Translations under genes and position numbers: made by a program | Shown: positions 54,421 to 62,712 of the stretch, piece by piece | How positions within the stretch are numbered: the first letter of the stretch is position 1 | How the letters are laid out: every line of letters begins with the position of its first letter | The notes under the pieces: model-generated | What the model was told of the DNA's origin: nothing | The model's database searches: none | What the model saw: the letters and a program-made list of their open reading frames with translations, nothing else | Assembly: GCA_031430375.1 (NCBI GenBank) | Contig: JANPBJ010000207.1 | Coordinates: forward strand, 1 to 62,712 | Reading direction: 5' to 3' | Length of the DNA: 62,712 nucleotides | Origin: Acidimicrobiia bacterium | GTDB lineage: Bacteria > Actinomycetota > Acidimicrobiia > IMCC26256 > JAENVU01

Positions 54421-55824
54421 TCATCCGACCGAGCCCTCCATATTCATCTCGATCAGCCGGGACAGCTCTACGGCGTACTCCATTGGCAGCGTCTTGACGA
54501 TCGGCTCGATGAAACCGTTCACGATCATCGCCGTGGCTTGTTGCTCGGTGAGGCCCCGACTCATGAGGTAGAAGAGCTGGTCGTCGCCGACCTTCGAAAC
54601 GGTTGCCTCGTGGCCGATACGTGCGTCCTGCGCGTCGATCTCCATATAGGGGTAGGTGTCCGATCGGGACTCCTCGTCCAGGATCAACGCATCGCAACGC
54701 ACGTGGCTCTTCACCGAGTGCGCGCCCTCTTCCACCTTGACCAGACCGCGGTAGGTGGTACGCCCGCCGTCCTTCGAGATCGACTTGCTGTCGATGATCG
54801 ACGTGGTCTCCGGCGCGACGTGGGTCATCTTCGCCCCCGCGTCCTGGTGCTGGCCGGCGCCTGCGTAGGCGACCGACAGCACTTCGCCGTGAGCCTTCGG
54901 ACCAGTCATCACCACGGCCGGGTACTTCATCGTGAGCTTGGAACCAAGGTTGCCGTCGATCCATTCGACCGTGGCTTCGGTCTCGGCAACCGCCCGCTTG
55001 GTGACGAGGTTGTACACGTTCGGCGACCAGTTCTGAATCGTGGTGTAGCGAATACGCGCACCCGGCTTGGCGATGAGCTCAACCACCGCGGAGTGCAACG
55101 AGTCGGTGGAATACACGGGCGCGGAGCAACCCTCCACGTAGTGCACCGATGAACCTTCGTCCGCGATGATCAACGTCCGTTCGAACTGGCCCGCGTTCTC
55201 CGCGTTGATGCGGAAGTACGCCTGCAACGGCATGTCGACGTGCACGCCCGGAGGCACATAAATAAACGACCCTCCAGACCACACCGCCGAGTTGAGTGCA
55301 GCAAACTTGTTGTCACCCGGCGGGATGACGGTGCCGAAGTACTTCTGCACAATCTCGGGATAGTCCTTGAGCGCTTGGTCCATGCTGGTGAACAGCACAC
55401 CGAGCTCCTCAAGATCCTCGCGGTTCTTGTGGTAAACGACTTCGCTTTCGAATTGTGCGGTGACGCCGGCAAGGAACTTGCGCTCGGCTTCGGGGATGCC
55501 GAGTTTCTCGTAGGTGTTCTTCATGCTCTCGGGGAGCATGTCCCAGTCGTTGACCGGACCGTCGGTGGGCTTCAAGTAGTAGTAGATGTCGTCGAAGTCG
55601 ATGTCGGGCATGTTCTTCGCGAACCAGTCGAGCATCGGTTTGCGCTCGAATCGTTTCAGCGCGTTGAGCCGGAACTTGGTCATCCAATCCGGCTCGGACT
55701 TGCGATCAGAGATCTCGAGGACAGTCTTCTCGTTCAGGCCCTTGTGGGGCGTGTAGACGTAATCGTCGGTCGAGTCGTGCCATCCAAGCTCGTAATTCCC
55801 GAGGTCAATACCCTTGACGGCCAT
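54421..55824 (-). CDS. sufB: Fe-S cluster assembly scaffold SufB
   Basis: ATG 55824 (MAVKGIDLGNYELGWHD) is preceded by GGAG. Highly conserved SufB blocks follow: IYVPPGVHVDMPLQAYFRIN and EATVSKVGDDQLFYLMSRGL. No intein. Confidence 0.95.
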   Translation of the reverse strand: MAVKGIDLGNYELGWHDSTDDYVYTPHKGLNEKTVLEISDRKSEPDWMTKFRLNALKRFERKPMLDWFAKNMPDIDFDDIYYYLKPTDGPVNDWDMLPESMKNTYEKLGIPEAERKFLAGVTAQFESEVVYHKNREDLEELGVLFTSMDQALKDYPEIVQKYFGTVIPPGDNKFAALNSAVWSGGSFIYVPPGVHVDMPLQAYFRINAENAGQFERTLIIADEGSSVHYVEGCSAPVYSTDSLHSAVVELIAKPGARIRYTTIQNWSPNVYNLVTKRAVAETEATVEWIDGNLGSKLTMKYPAVVMTGPKAHGEVLSVAYAGAGQHQDAGAKMTHVAPETTSIIDSKSISKDGGRTTYRGLVKVEEGAHSVKSHVRCDALILDEESRSDTYPYMEIDAQDARIGHEATVSKVGDDQLFYLMSRGLTEQQATAMIVNGFIEPIVKTLPMEYAVELSRLIEMNMEGSVG

Positions 55825-55865
55825 GTGTCGCTCCGTAGTTCGAGGCCCGGCCGGGGGGCGGCCGG

Positions 55866-55882
55866 GTATTTCCACTACGTAG
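55866..55882 (-). promoter_or_regulatory. Candidate operator/promoter element upstream of sufB (ACGTAGTGGAAATAC in sense orientation)
   Basis: 13 of 15 identical to the element upstream of sufC-sufS-sufU. It ends 41 nt before the sufB ATG. On the plus strand the shared 11-mer is TTTCCACTACG. Confidence 0.4.
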
Positions 55883-55942
55883 ATAGTAACAATCCCTCGG
55901 GCCCGCCGTCGATGCGTCCTGGGTCACCCAGGCGAGGCCGAA

Positions 55943-58900
55943 TCAGCGAATTGCGCCCACAGCTTGGGTGCCGGAACCGGCCTTCGGCTTTGTAGTCGAC
56001 GTCGGGCTGGTGGTTGACGTCGTGGAACTCGAACCACTCGAGGATCCTGGGGCGCCCGACCCCTTTTCGTCGCTCCGAGCGTTCGCCAACTGGTCGAGGA
56101 GGCGGCCGAGTTCCGCGACCTTGTCTTGGTAGGTCCCGAGGTCCTTCTCGCCGAGGGCCTTCTGCGACGCGTTGAACGCGTCGCTCGCCTGGCGGAGCAG
56201 ATCATCGACGGAGGTCCCACCCGATGCAGGAGGCTCCTCGGTCGTTGGACCCGCGGTCGGTGCAAGACCACCGAACTGGCCAAATTGGACCAGTGCGTCC
56301 TTGACGGTTTTCGCGAATTTTGCCTCGCCGGCGTAGTAGACGATCACGAATCGGAACGCCGGTTGGTCGCCGTTCTCCGATAACACATAGATCGGTTGGA
56401 CATAGAGCAGCGAGTCCTTCACCGGGATGATCTGGATGCTGCCCTGACGAACCCTTGACCCTTGCTGGTTCAAGAACGTGAACTCTTTGCTGATCACGTC
56501 GGTGTTGTTGATCGTGCGGTCCACCTGCACCGGGCCGGCCACATTGAGGCCGCTCGGCATCTCGAAGCTCGCGAGCCGCTGCTTCGCACCCGGATCCGAG
56601 CGGGCAACCATGAAGGCCGAGAGTCGGTTTTGGCTGTTGCCCTTCGACACCGGGACGAACGGTCTGATGATCAGAAATTCTTCGTCCGTTTTCCCGGGCA
56701 ACCGGCTCAACACGTAGAGCGGGTCGATTCGTTTCCCGCTCGAACTCGCACTCTGGGGCACGCCGGTCGTCAACGGCGTGGCGTCCAATGTGCTTCCCGT
56801 GGTTGCCGGGTCGGCCGAAACCTCCCAGAACCCGGTACCGGAGAAGAAGGTGGTGGGATTCGTGGTGTGGTACTTCCGGTACACATCGGTTTGATACCGG
56901 AAGAGGTCCTGCGGATAGCGGAGATGGTCGCGAACTTCCTTCGGCATCTTCCCGAAATCTGTGAACAATTCCGGGAAGGCCGACTCGTACGCACGGATCA
57001 CCGGGTCTTTTGTGTCAACCACGTAGTAGGTGACCGTGCCGTCGTACGCGTCGACCGTGGCCTTAACCGAGTTCCGGATGTAGTTGAACTTGGTCCCGGC
57101 CAGAATCCCTTCCGACGGAGTGGTGCTTTGCGAATACGGGTAGCGGTCGCTCGTGGTGTATCCGTCGAGGACCCAGACCAACCGGCCATTGGCCACCACC
57201 GGGTACGGGTCTTCATCGAACTTCAGGAACGGCGCCGATGTCTCGACGAGCTCGCGGATATCGCGCCGGAAAATGATGCGACTGCTGTCCTGGATCTGGC
57301 TGGAGATCAGCAAGTTCTGATCACCGAACCGCAAGGAAAACGCGGCTCGACGAAGCCACGACGACAGTCCCACGCCGGCCGCACCTTTGTAGCGATTGGT
57401 GGCGTTGGAGTTCTTCCGGGCGTAGTTGAACTCCGGTTGCTTGGCGCCGACGAGGGAGTACCCAGACAGGCCCTCACCGAAATACAGCTCGGGCCGATCA
57501 AGCGCAATGCTCCCCGAGCCTGGGATGTCCTTCAACTCGTAGCGGGGCTGACCGGTCTTCACGTCCGCCTCGTTCGCGGGCGAGACCACTGCTCCGTAGC
57601 CGTGGGTGTACACCACGTGCTGGTTCACCCAACTCTGCGACGGAAGGTCGGCCGTGTTCAGCTCGCGGGCCGAGATCAGGACCTGGCGCAACTCGTTGCC
57701 GATCACATAGCGGTCGGTGTCCGCGTCCAAGAATTGGTAGTAGGTCTGGAAACTCTGGAACTGCTGGTAGTTCGCCGAGATCACGCTGGGCTCCCACAGC
57801 CGCGCGTTTGAAATGGTCTGGCTGTTGTCCTCCAGGTCCTGGGTAGTGAGGTTGTCCTTATAGGTGTACTGCTCAGCCTTCACATCGCTCAGCCCGAAGG
57901 CGGCCCGGGTCGCCTTGATGTTGCGCGCGATGTACTGCTTCTCCTTCGCCTGCTCGTTGGGCTTCACGAAGGTCTCTTGGTAGATCGCCGGGACGATCGT
58001 GCCCACCACGAGTGCGACAAAACCCCAGAGGCCCACCGCGATCACGGGCAGCACCCAACCACGACGGAAGATGTTCCACACGAACAGGCCGGCGGCCACC
58101 ACCGAGATCACGATCAACAGGTTGAACGCGGGCAGCTGTGCCGCCACATCGGTCTTCGTGGCGCCTTCCACAAACCCGCGGGTCGAGAAGTCGAGCTCAT
58201 AACGGCCCAGGTAGTACTGGGCCGTCTTCACCAACGCCATCAGCGCCAGGATCACCGAGAGGTGAGCCTTCACCTGCGGCGTCACGCGTTGGAACGGGGC
58301 CTGGAGCCGGATTCCGCCGTTGAGATAGTGGGCGATCGCGCTGACGATGAAAATGATGATCAGACCCGCGAACAACCAGTCGAACACGAACGTGAGGAAC
58401 GGCAGGCGAAAGACGAAAAAGCCCACATCGAGGTGGAACTGCGCGTCCTTCACGCCGAAGTCCTGAGCGTTCGTAAACAAGATCCAGCGTTGCCATTCAC
58501 CGGCCACGCTGCCGCCGGCCAGAATGGCAAAGATCAACGAGACCAAGATCCGGAGTCGGCCCGAGTACGGCCCCACCGTTTGGGAATACCGGGCAAGCAT
58601 CTCGTCTTCGGGACCAAGCACCCTCGTGTGAGGGGCCAGACGATCCGCAATCGTGAGGCTCACGAGCATCAACACGAAGAACACGGTGGTGAACACCGCA
58701 GCCGGAGCGAATCGCGCCCACAACAGACCACGCCAGGTTGTGCCGAAACCGATGGAATCAAACCAGAGGTAGTCGGTGTAGAAGCTGGCAAGGCCTCGTG
58801 CCGAAAGGAAGAGGCCAACAAGGACCGCGACCAGGATCACCATCCACGCGCGAACGCGGAATCGGCTCTCTCGGGTGCGGCGGACAGGGGGGACGCGCAT
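55943..58900 (-). CDS. UPF0182-family large membrane protein
   Basis: 985 aa. The N-terminal FYTDYLWFDS signature and 7 TM helices are followed by a large extracytoplasmic domain and a Ser/Thr/Gly-rich tail. Confidence 0.85.
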   Translation of the reverse strand: MRVPPVRRTRESRFRVRAWMVILVAVLVGLFLSARGLASFYTDYLWFDSIGFGTTWRGLLWARFAPAAVFTTVFFVLMLVSLTIADRLAPHTRVLGPEDEMLARYSQTVGPYSGRLRILVSLIFAILAGGSVAGEWQRWILFTNAQDFGVKDAQFHLDVGFFVFRLPFLTFVFDWLFAGLIIIFIVSAIAHYLNGGIRLQAPFQRVTPQVKAHLSVILALMALVKTAQYYLGRYELDFSTRGFVEGATKTDVAAQLPAFNLLIVISVVAAGLFVWNIFRRGWVLPVIAVGLWGFVALVVGTIVPAIYQETFVKPNEQAKEKQYIARNIKATRAAFGLSDVKAEQYTYKDNLTTQDLEDNSQTISNARLWEPSVISANYQQFQSFQTYYQFLDADTDRYVIGNELRQVLISARELNTADLPSQSWVNQHVVYTHGYGAVVSPANEADVKTGQPRYELKDIPGSGSIALDRPELYFGEGLSGYSLVGAKQPEFNYARKNSNATNRYKGAAGVGLSSWLRRAAFSLRFGDQNLLISSQIQDSSRIIFRRDIRELVETSAPFLKFDEDPYPVVANGRLVWVLDGYTTSDRYPYSQSTTPSEGILAGTKFNYIRNSVKATVDAYDGTVTYYVVDTKDPVIRAYESAFPELFTDFGKMPKEVRDHLRYPQDLFRYQTDVYRKYHTTNPTTFFSGTGFWEVSADPATTGSTLDATPLTTGVPQSASSSGKRIDPLYVLSRLPGKTDEEFLIIRPFVPVSKGNSQNRLSAFMVARSDPGAKQRLASFEMPSGLNVAGPVQVDRTINNTDVISKEFTFLNQQGSRVRQGSIQIIPVKDSLLYVQPIYVLSENGDQPAFRFVIVYYAGEAKFAKTVKDALVQFGQFGGLAPTAGPTTEEPPASGGTSVDDLLRQASDAFNASQKALGEKDLGTYQDKVAELGRLLDQLANARSDEKGSGAPGSSSGSSSTTSTTSPTSTTKPKAGSGTQAVGAIR

Positions 58901-58927
58901 CTGGCCGAGCCTAGGAGAGCGCGGGGG

Positions 58928-60739
58928 TCATATGGGGAGCGGGACCACCAGGCACCGACAGCCCGGGTGGGCCGGCGGATAGGGCTGGCCCGTGGGGAAC
59001 TGCTTGCCGCGCGTCGTCGGTTCCAGCGCGTTGTCGTCACAATCCGGACAGTTGCCCTCCACGCTTGGTATCCAACGGAGTGTTCTTCCTGCCGGAGTGG
59101 CGTCGTAGACGCCGAGCGCCCACGCGGCCGCGAGCGCGTCGCAAACCACTGCGTCGAGATCCTGGCCCTTGAACTCGCGGTAGCGCGCACCCAGCCGCTG
59201 TGTCACCGCGACTTCGTCATCACCGGCGTCGTCGATCGCCTCGACCAACCGGGCGTGCAACCGCTCGACCATCGTGGCCGCGAGCCCATCGACCATGGCC
59301 ACGGGAGCACCAGTGCTCCCACCCGTGGCTCCGGCCACACGGCGACCGCCTGCATACGCGGCGTCGACCGGTCCTCGCAGCGTGGCCGCGAGCTGAACAA
59401 TCTGGCTCCCCGCGCTCGGCAACACTTCCAATGCCTCAGGGCGACCTTTGACGGTACGAATCCGATCAAGAACATCGTTCTGATCGTCTTGGAGAGCCCG
59501 CTTCACCTTGCGACCCAGTTCTCGTTGCAGCGGGTCGAGGACCGAGGCACGGGCTTCAAGATGCCTCGCCCCTTCATCCTGACTGCTCGTCCGCTCGGAA
59601 TCCTCGACCACGGTGTCGGTCGGGACGCTCCCTCCATCATGGGCCTCGCTTGCTGGACTGTTGGCCGCAGGCCGCTTCTCCGCTCCCGGTCGCTCGACGT
59701 GCTGCTCACCTCCACTTCGTTCCGGTTCGAGGGTGTCTAGCTCGGGATCAGGATCGGGCAGGTTGGCGGCCGCCGGCTTGGGTTCGGGGATCGGCGCGAC
59801 GGTCAGGTTCTGTCCGCGCAGGCGGGCGAAGAGCGCCTCGACCTCCACTGAGGGTGCGCCCGCTTCTCCGGTGAGTTCGCCCGCCAAGGCGGCGAGTTCG
59901 CCGTCGACGGGTGGGACCTCGAGCGATGCCGGCGGACCGGAGAGTTCGCCAGCGGCGCGCGACTCCACTTGCACGAGCGCTTCGGTGGCGTCGCCGAGGG
60001 TCCGCTTGACCACGCGGTAGGCATCGAGCAGGCGATCACGACCGGCCCGGAGTTCGTCGATCTGAGATTGCAGCAGCAATCGGCGCCGACCGAGGTCGGC
60101 CAGGATTCGCTCGCGCACCGAGCGCGCCTCGTTGACCAGATCGCGGCCAGCCTCCTTGGCCGCGTCGATCTCTGACGCCGACGCTTCGATCGACACCTCA
60201 CGCGCCACCGCGAGTTCGGCGTCGGTCGTGGACCGCAGCTCGGCTACCTCGGCTTCGACTTCGGTGCGGAGCTCGGCCGCAAAGGTGGTGGACTCCGTCT
60301 CGCGCGCTGCAGCCGCGGTCTGCGCGGTATCACGCATCGCGCGCGCGTCGCTGTCGGCTTCTTCGCGCGCGGCGGTGGCCATCTGCTCGGCATCGGCGAT
60401 CACGGTCGCTGCATTGGCTTCCGCGCTGCGACGGATTTCCGCCGCGGCCTCCTGCGCGGAGCGCAACACCCGAGCAGTTTCCTCGCCGAGGGCATCGAGG
60501 AGCCGATCTTCGGTGACGATCGGGGGATTCTTCACCTGCTCCTGGAGCTCATTGATCTTTTCGTTGAGGTCGTCCTCGTGGTCACGCGCCGCGGCGGTCT
60601 CGTCAGCAACCCGGCGTAGAAAAGTACGGACCTCCGGCTCGGAGATTCCCCGAAACGACGCTTGGAATCCGCGGGACGCGATCTCCTCAGCAGTCAGACG
60701 CGGCCCGTTCTTGGCCGCCCGACGGTTGACCTCAGCCAC
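58928..60739 (-). CDS. DivIVA-domain protein with a long coiled coil and a Cys-rich Mu-F/SPP1-gp7-like C-terminal domain
   Basis: N-terminus LTAEEIASRGFQASFRGISEPEVRTFLRRV is DivIVA-type. The Ala/Glu/Arg-rich middle region looks coiled-coil. The C-terminus reads W....CPDCDDN....(21)....PPAHPGCRC. Confidence 0.75.
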   Translation of the reverse strand: MAEVNRRAAKNGPRLTAEEIASRGFQASFRGISEPEVRTFLRRVADETAAARDHEDDLNEKINELQEQVKNPPIVTEDRLLDALGEETARVLRSAQEAAAEIRRSAEANAATVIADAEQMATAAREEADSDARAMRDTAQTAAAARETESTTFAAELRTEVEAEVAELRSTTDAELAVAREVSIEASASEIDAAKEAGRDLVNEARSVRERILADLGRRRLLLQSQIDELRAGRDRLLDAYRVVKRTLGDATEALVQVESRAAGELSGPPASLEVPPVDGELAALAGELTGEAGAPSVEVEALFARLRGQNLTVAPIPEPKPAAANLPDPDPELDTLEPERSGGEQHVERPGAEKRPAANSPASEAHDGGSVPTDTVVEDSERTSSQDEGARHLEARASVLDPLQRELGRKVKRALQDDQNDVLDRIRTVKGRPEALEVLPSAGSQIVQLAATLRGPVDAAYAGGRRVAGATGGSTGAPVAMVDGLAATMVERLHARLVEAIDDAGDDEVAVTQRLGARYREFKGQDLDAVVCDALAAAWALGVYDATPAGRTLRWIPSVEGNCPDCDDNALEPTTRGKQFPTGQPYPPAHPGCRCLVVPLPI

Positions 60740-60822
60740 GGTGCATGCTCCGTTTTGTCACGGCCCCATGGTATTGGCGAATCCGCCCACGGCCGAGGAC
60801 CGGCTCACGCGACCTACTCAGT

Positions 60823-61968
60823 TCAGCGACCCGCGGAAGGGATCGACGCTGATTTCGTGAGCGTGGCGCCACCATGCCGACGGAGCGCCTTCAGTGCTTC
60901 GTCGAGGGTCTTCACTCCCACAACCGTCATGGCGCCGGCCTTGGCCCGGGCCTCGCGGACCTCGGCCTGGGGAACAATCATCAGCGTGGCTCCCGCCTCG
61001 CGCGCGGCCACTGCCTTTTGCGGAACGCCGCCCACCTCGCCCACATTGCCGGCGCCGTCGATTTCACCGGTGACGGCCACCTTGGCACCGCCCGTGAGAT
61101 CGCCGGGCGTGAGGTCGTCGATGATGGTGAGCGTGAAGGCGAGTCCACCCGAAGGTCCGCTGACATCCCCCGCGTCGATCGTGATATCCACTGGGAACTT
61201 CACGCGCAGCTGATCAGTCCTCGCGCCAATACCAAAGTACGACCGACCCTCCAAGGGACCGCTCGGTGCCGCGACACTCGTGACTTCAACCGTTTGCGGT
61301 TTGCCGTCGCGTCGAACTGCGACCGCGAACGCAGTCCCCGCTGGCTTCGCCTGCACGATCTGGCCCACCTGATCGCGGAGCTCCACCGGGGCGCCGTCGA
61401 TCGCGACGATGACGTCGTTGGTCCGGAGCCCGCCCCGCGCCGCCGGTGATCCCTTCACGACTTCGAGAACGCGCGCGCCTTTGCCCGATACCGCGATTCG
61501 GTAACCAAGCCGGTTGAGCGCGGCCTGTTTCGCCGCGAGTTGCGACTCGTCCATCATCTGCACGCTCGCCCGCTCGACCCTGCCGCGCGGCGCATCGCCG
61601 AGATATTCCTTCTCGCCGATCACCTTGCTGTCGTCGTCGAAGCTGGCTTCCACGTACCGCCACAGGTTCGGTTGGCCACTGCTGACGCGGACCGTGAGCA
61701 GGAGCAGGTCCCCCTTGTGGTGGTACGACCGCGTCCCGCGGATACGCAAGTATTTGTCCACCGAGGTCGCGTCGCCCGGCGAGAAGATCACGTACGGCAA
61801 CTTCACGTACATACCAGCGATGGCAACGATGCCGACGACGGCCGCGCCGATGATCACAGCTTTGGCCATCCACGACATACCGGGCCGCGGCGCCGAAGGA
61901 GGCGGGCTCGCTGCGGTGGCGGAAGGCTCGGACTCGGAAACGTCCGGCTGGAGAGGCGGCGGGCTCAT
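60823..61968 (-). CDS. PDZ-domain / Lon-like (S16) serine protease, membrane anchored
   Basis: TM helix, PDZ region (VLEVVKGSPAARGGLRTNDVIVAIDG), and a Lon_C-like DVSGPSGGLAFTL...VAVTGEIDGAGNVGEVGGV.QK. Confidence 0.8.
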   Translation of the reverse strand: MSPPPLQPDVSESEPSATAASPPPSAPRPGMSWMAKAVIIGAAVVGIVAIAGMYVKLPYVIFSPGDATSVDKYLRIRGTRSYHHKGDLLLLTVRVSSGQPNLWRYVEASFDDDSKVIGEKEYLGDAPRGRVERASVQMMDESQLAAKQAALNRLGYRIAVSGKGARVLEVVKGSPAARGGLRTNDVIVAIDGAPVELRDQVGQIVQAKPAGTAFAVAVRRDGKPQTVEVTSVAAPSGPLEGRSYFGIGARTDQLRVKFPVDITIDAGDVSGPSGGLAFTLTIIDDLTPGDLTGGAKVAVTGEIDGAGNVGEVGGVPQKAVAAREAGATLMIVPQAEVREARAKAGAMTVVGVKTLDEALKALRRHGGATLTKSASIPSAGR

Positions 61969-62061
61969 GGGCGGGCGTCAGCCTGCCACGTCGCCACCAA
62001 TGAATCTCGGCACTGAACACGAGCCTTGCGGTGCACGAGAAGAACCGATCAGCTCGGCGTC

Positions 62062-62712
62062 TCAGAAATTGCGAGCTCGGGTCGTCAACTCGGCGCGAAC
62101 CACGAGCCGCTCCGCCGCGCTCCCAATAGGGTGACACGTAAAGATGGTGAGGCTGCGCCCCTCGTGTTGGTCGACAATCCACAGTGCGGTGTTCGGCAAT
62201 ACCTCGACGCTCGTGACGGCGTAGTGATACGTGCCGGTGGAGTCCGACAGCAGAATCTCGTCGCCCGCGGCGAGTTCGGCGTTGCGGAGGAACGGTTCCG
62301 AGTAGGTGGAGCGGTGACCGGCGAGCACCACATTCCCCCAGCCGCCGAACTCGGCCGTCCCGGGCCAATGCGCCGGGCCGGCATCGATGACCACCTGTTC
62401 AACGCCTTCACGAACCGCTTGATCGACACCCGTCTTCGGGATCTGGATGCGTCCGATCTCCACCAACGCGCGCGGCGCGGACGGGTCAGGAAGTTCCGCG
62501 GGAATCGGCAAGGGTGGCGGTGGGGGTGGGTGCGCCACGCTCCACGCCGCCGCAGCAACGGCGGCGTCGGTGCCCGGGAGTGCGGCCTGCGGGAGGGGTG
62601 CGCGCAATTTCGACGCGGAACGAACCAACCGGGTGGGTGAAGCCGAAGTTGAATCCGCACTGGCGGCCGCGATCCCGACCGCACGGATCTTCCGACGCGT
62701 GCGCGCGCGCTG
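62062..62712 (-). CDS. Sortase (class E-like); N-terminus probably beyond the window edge
   Basis: Sortase core: IPKTGVD, VVLAGHRS, LTIFTCHP. The reading frame stays open upstream of the listed TTG 62628 all the way to nt 62712 (..RRKIRAVGIAAASADSTSASPTR-LVRS..). Confidence 0.75.
   Translation of the reverse strand, partial: QRARTRRKIRAVGIAAASADSTSASPTRLVRSASKLRAPLPQAALPGTDAAVAAAAWSVAHPPPPPPLPIPAELPDPSAPRALVEIGRIQIPKTGVDQAVREGVEQVVIDAGPAHWPGTAEFGGWGNVVLAGHRSTYSEPFLRNAELAAGDEILLSDSTGTYHYAVTSVEVLPNTALWIVDQHEGRSLTIFTCHPIGSAAERLVVRAELTTRARNF

Noticed and set aside
57977-59740. 587-aa plus-strand ORF spanning the UPF0182 / DivIVA junction
   Set aside because: It is antisense to two supported genes and crosses their intergenic gap. 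The translation is low-complexity and Arg/His/Glu-rich.
61286-62368. 360-aa minus-strand ORF overlapping the PDZ/Lon and sortase genes in another frame
   Set aside because: It is out of frame with two motif-supported genes on the same strand. The translation is Arg/Gly-rich with no motifs.
1-62712. Mobile elements, CRISPR arrays, tRNA/rRNA genes, toxin-antitoxin or known defence systems
   Set aside because: I found no transposase, integrase or recombinase-like ORFs, no terminal inverted repeats flanking blocks, no regularly spaced direct repeats, and no cloverleaf-capable intergenic segments. The only repeats are the 15-bp tandem (5225-5275), the amidase coding repeats and the 21-bp sufB duplication.

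Overview
High-GC, densely coding chromosomal segment of actinobacterial type. I call about 55 protein genes on both strands, many joined by 4-nt ATGA/GTGA start/stop overlaps. I found no rRNA, tRNA, CRISPR array, transposase, integrase or prophage remnant. Gene content falls into two groups. (1) Cell-envelope glycan and peptidoglycan genes: four large GT-C-like polytopic membrane proteins, a UDP-sulfoquinovose synthase (SQD1/SqdB), GT2, GT2-methyltransferase, three tandem GT4, an Rmd-like reductase, a GT34-like transferase, two paralogous MOP-type flippases, two L,D-transpeptidases, a repeat-bearing PGRP-type amidase and a sortase. (2) Housekeeping blocks: metH, pepA, a PduO-type adenosyltransferase, lpd-sucB-lipB/lipA, egtABCD for ergothioneine, a split suf Fe-S system with two sufC genes, an acyl-CoA dehydrogenase, a UPF0182 protein, a DivIVA-domain protein and a PDZ/Lon-like protease. 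The best candidate for an undescribed system is the 8-kb minus-strand operon at 7210-15199. It joins a clear UDP-sulfoquinovose synthase to an Arn/Gtr-like module (DPM1/ArnC-like GT2, flippase, GT-C transferases). This suggests extracytoplasmic transfer of a sulfosugar through a polyprenyl-phosphate carrier; that reading is inference, not demonstrated. Other points of interest are an in-frame LipB-LipA fusion, a DivIVA protein with a phage Mu-F-like C-terminus, a ~40-aa tandem-repeat domain on the amidase, a cis-element shared by the two suf loci, a duplicated sufB 3' end, a 15-bp coding tandem repeat, and several likely leaderless genes. All function calls come from motif recognition by eye and from recalled family sequences. 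No database search was run.
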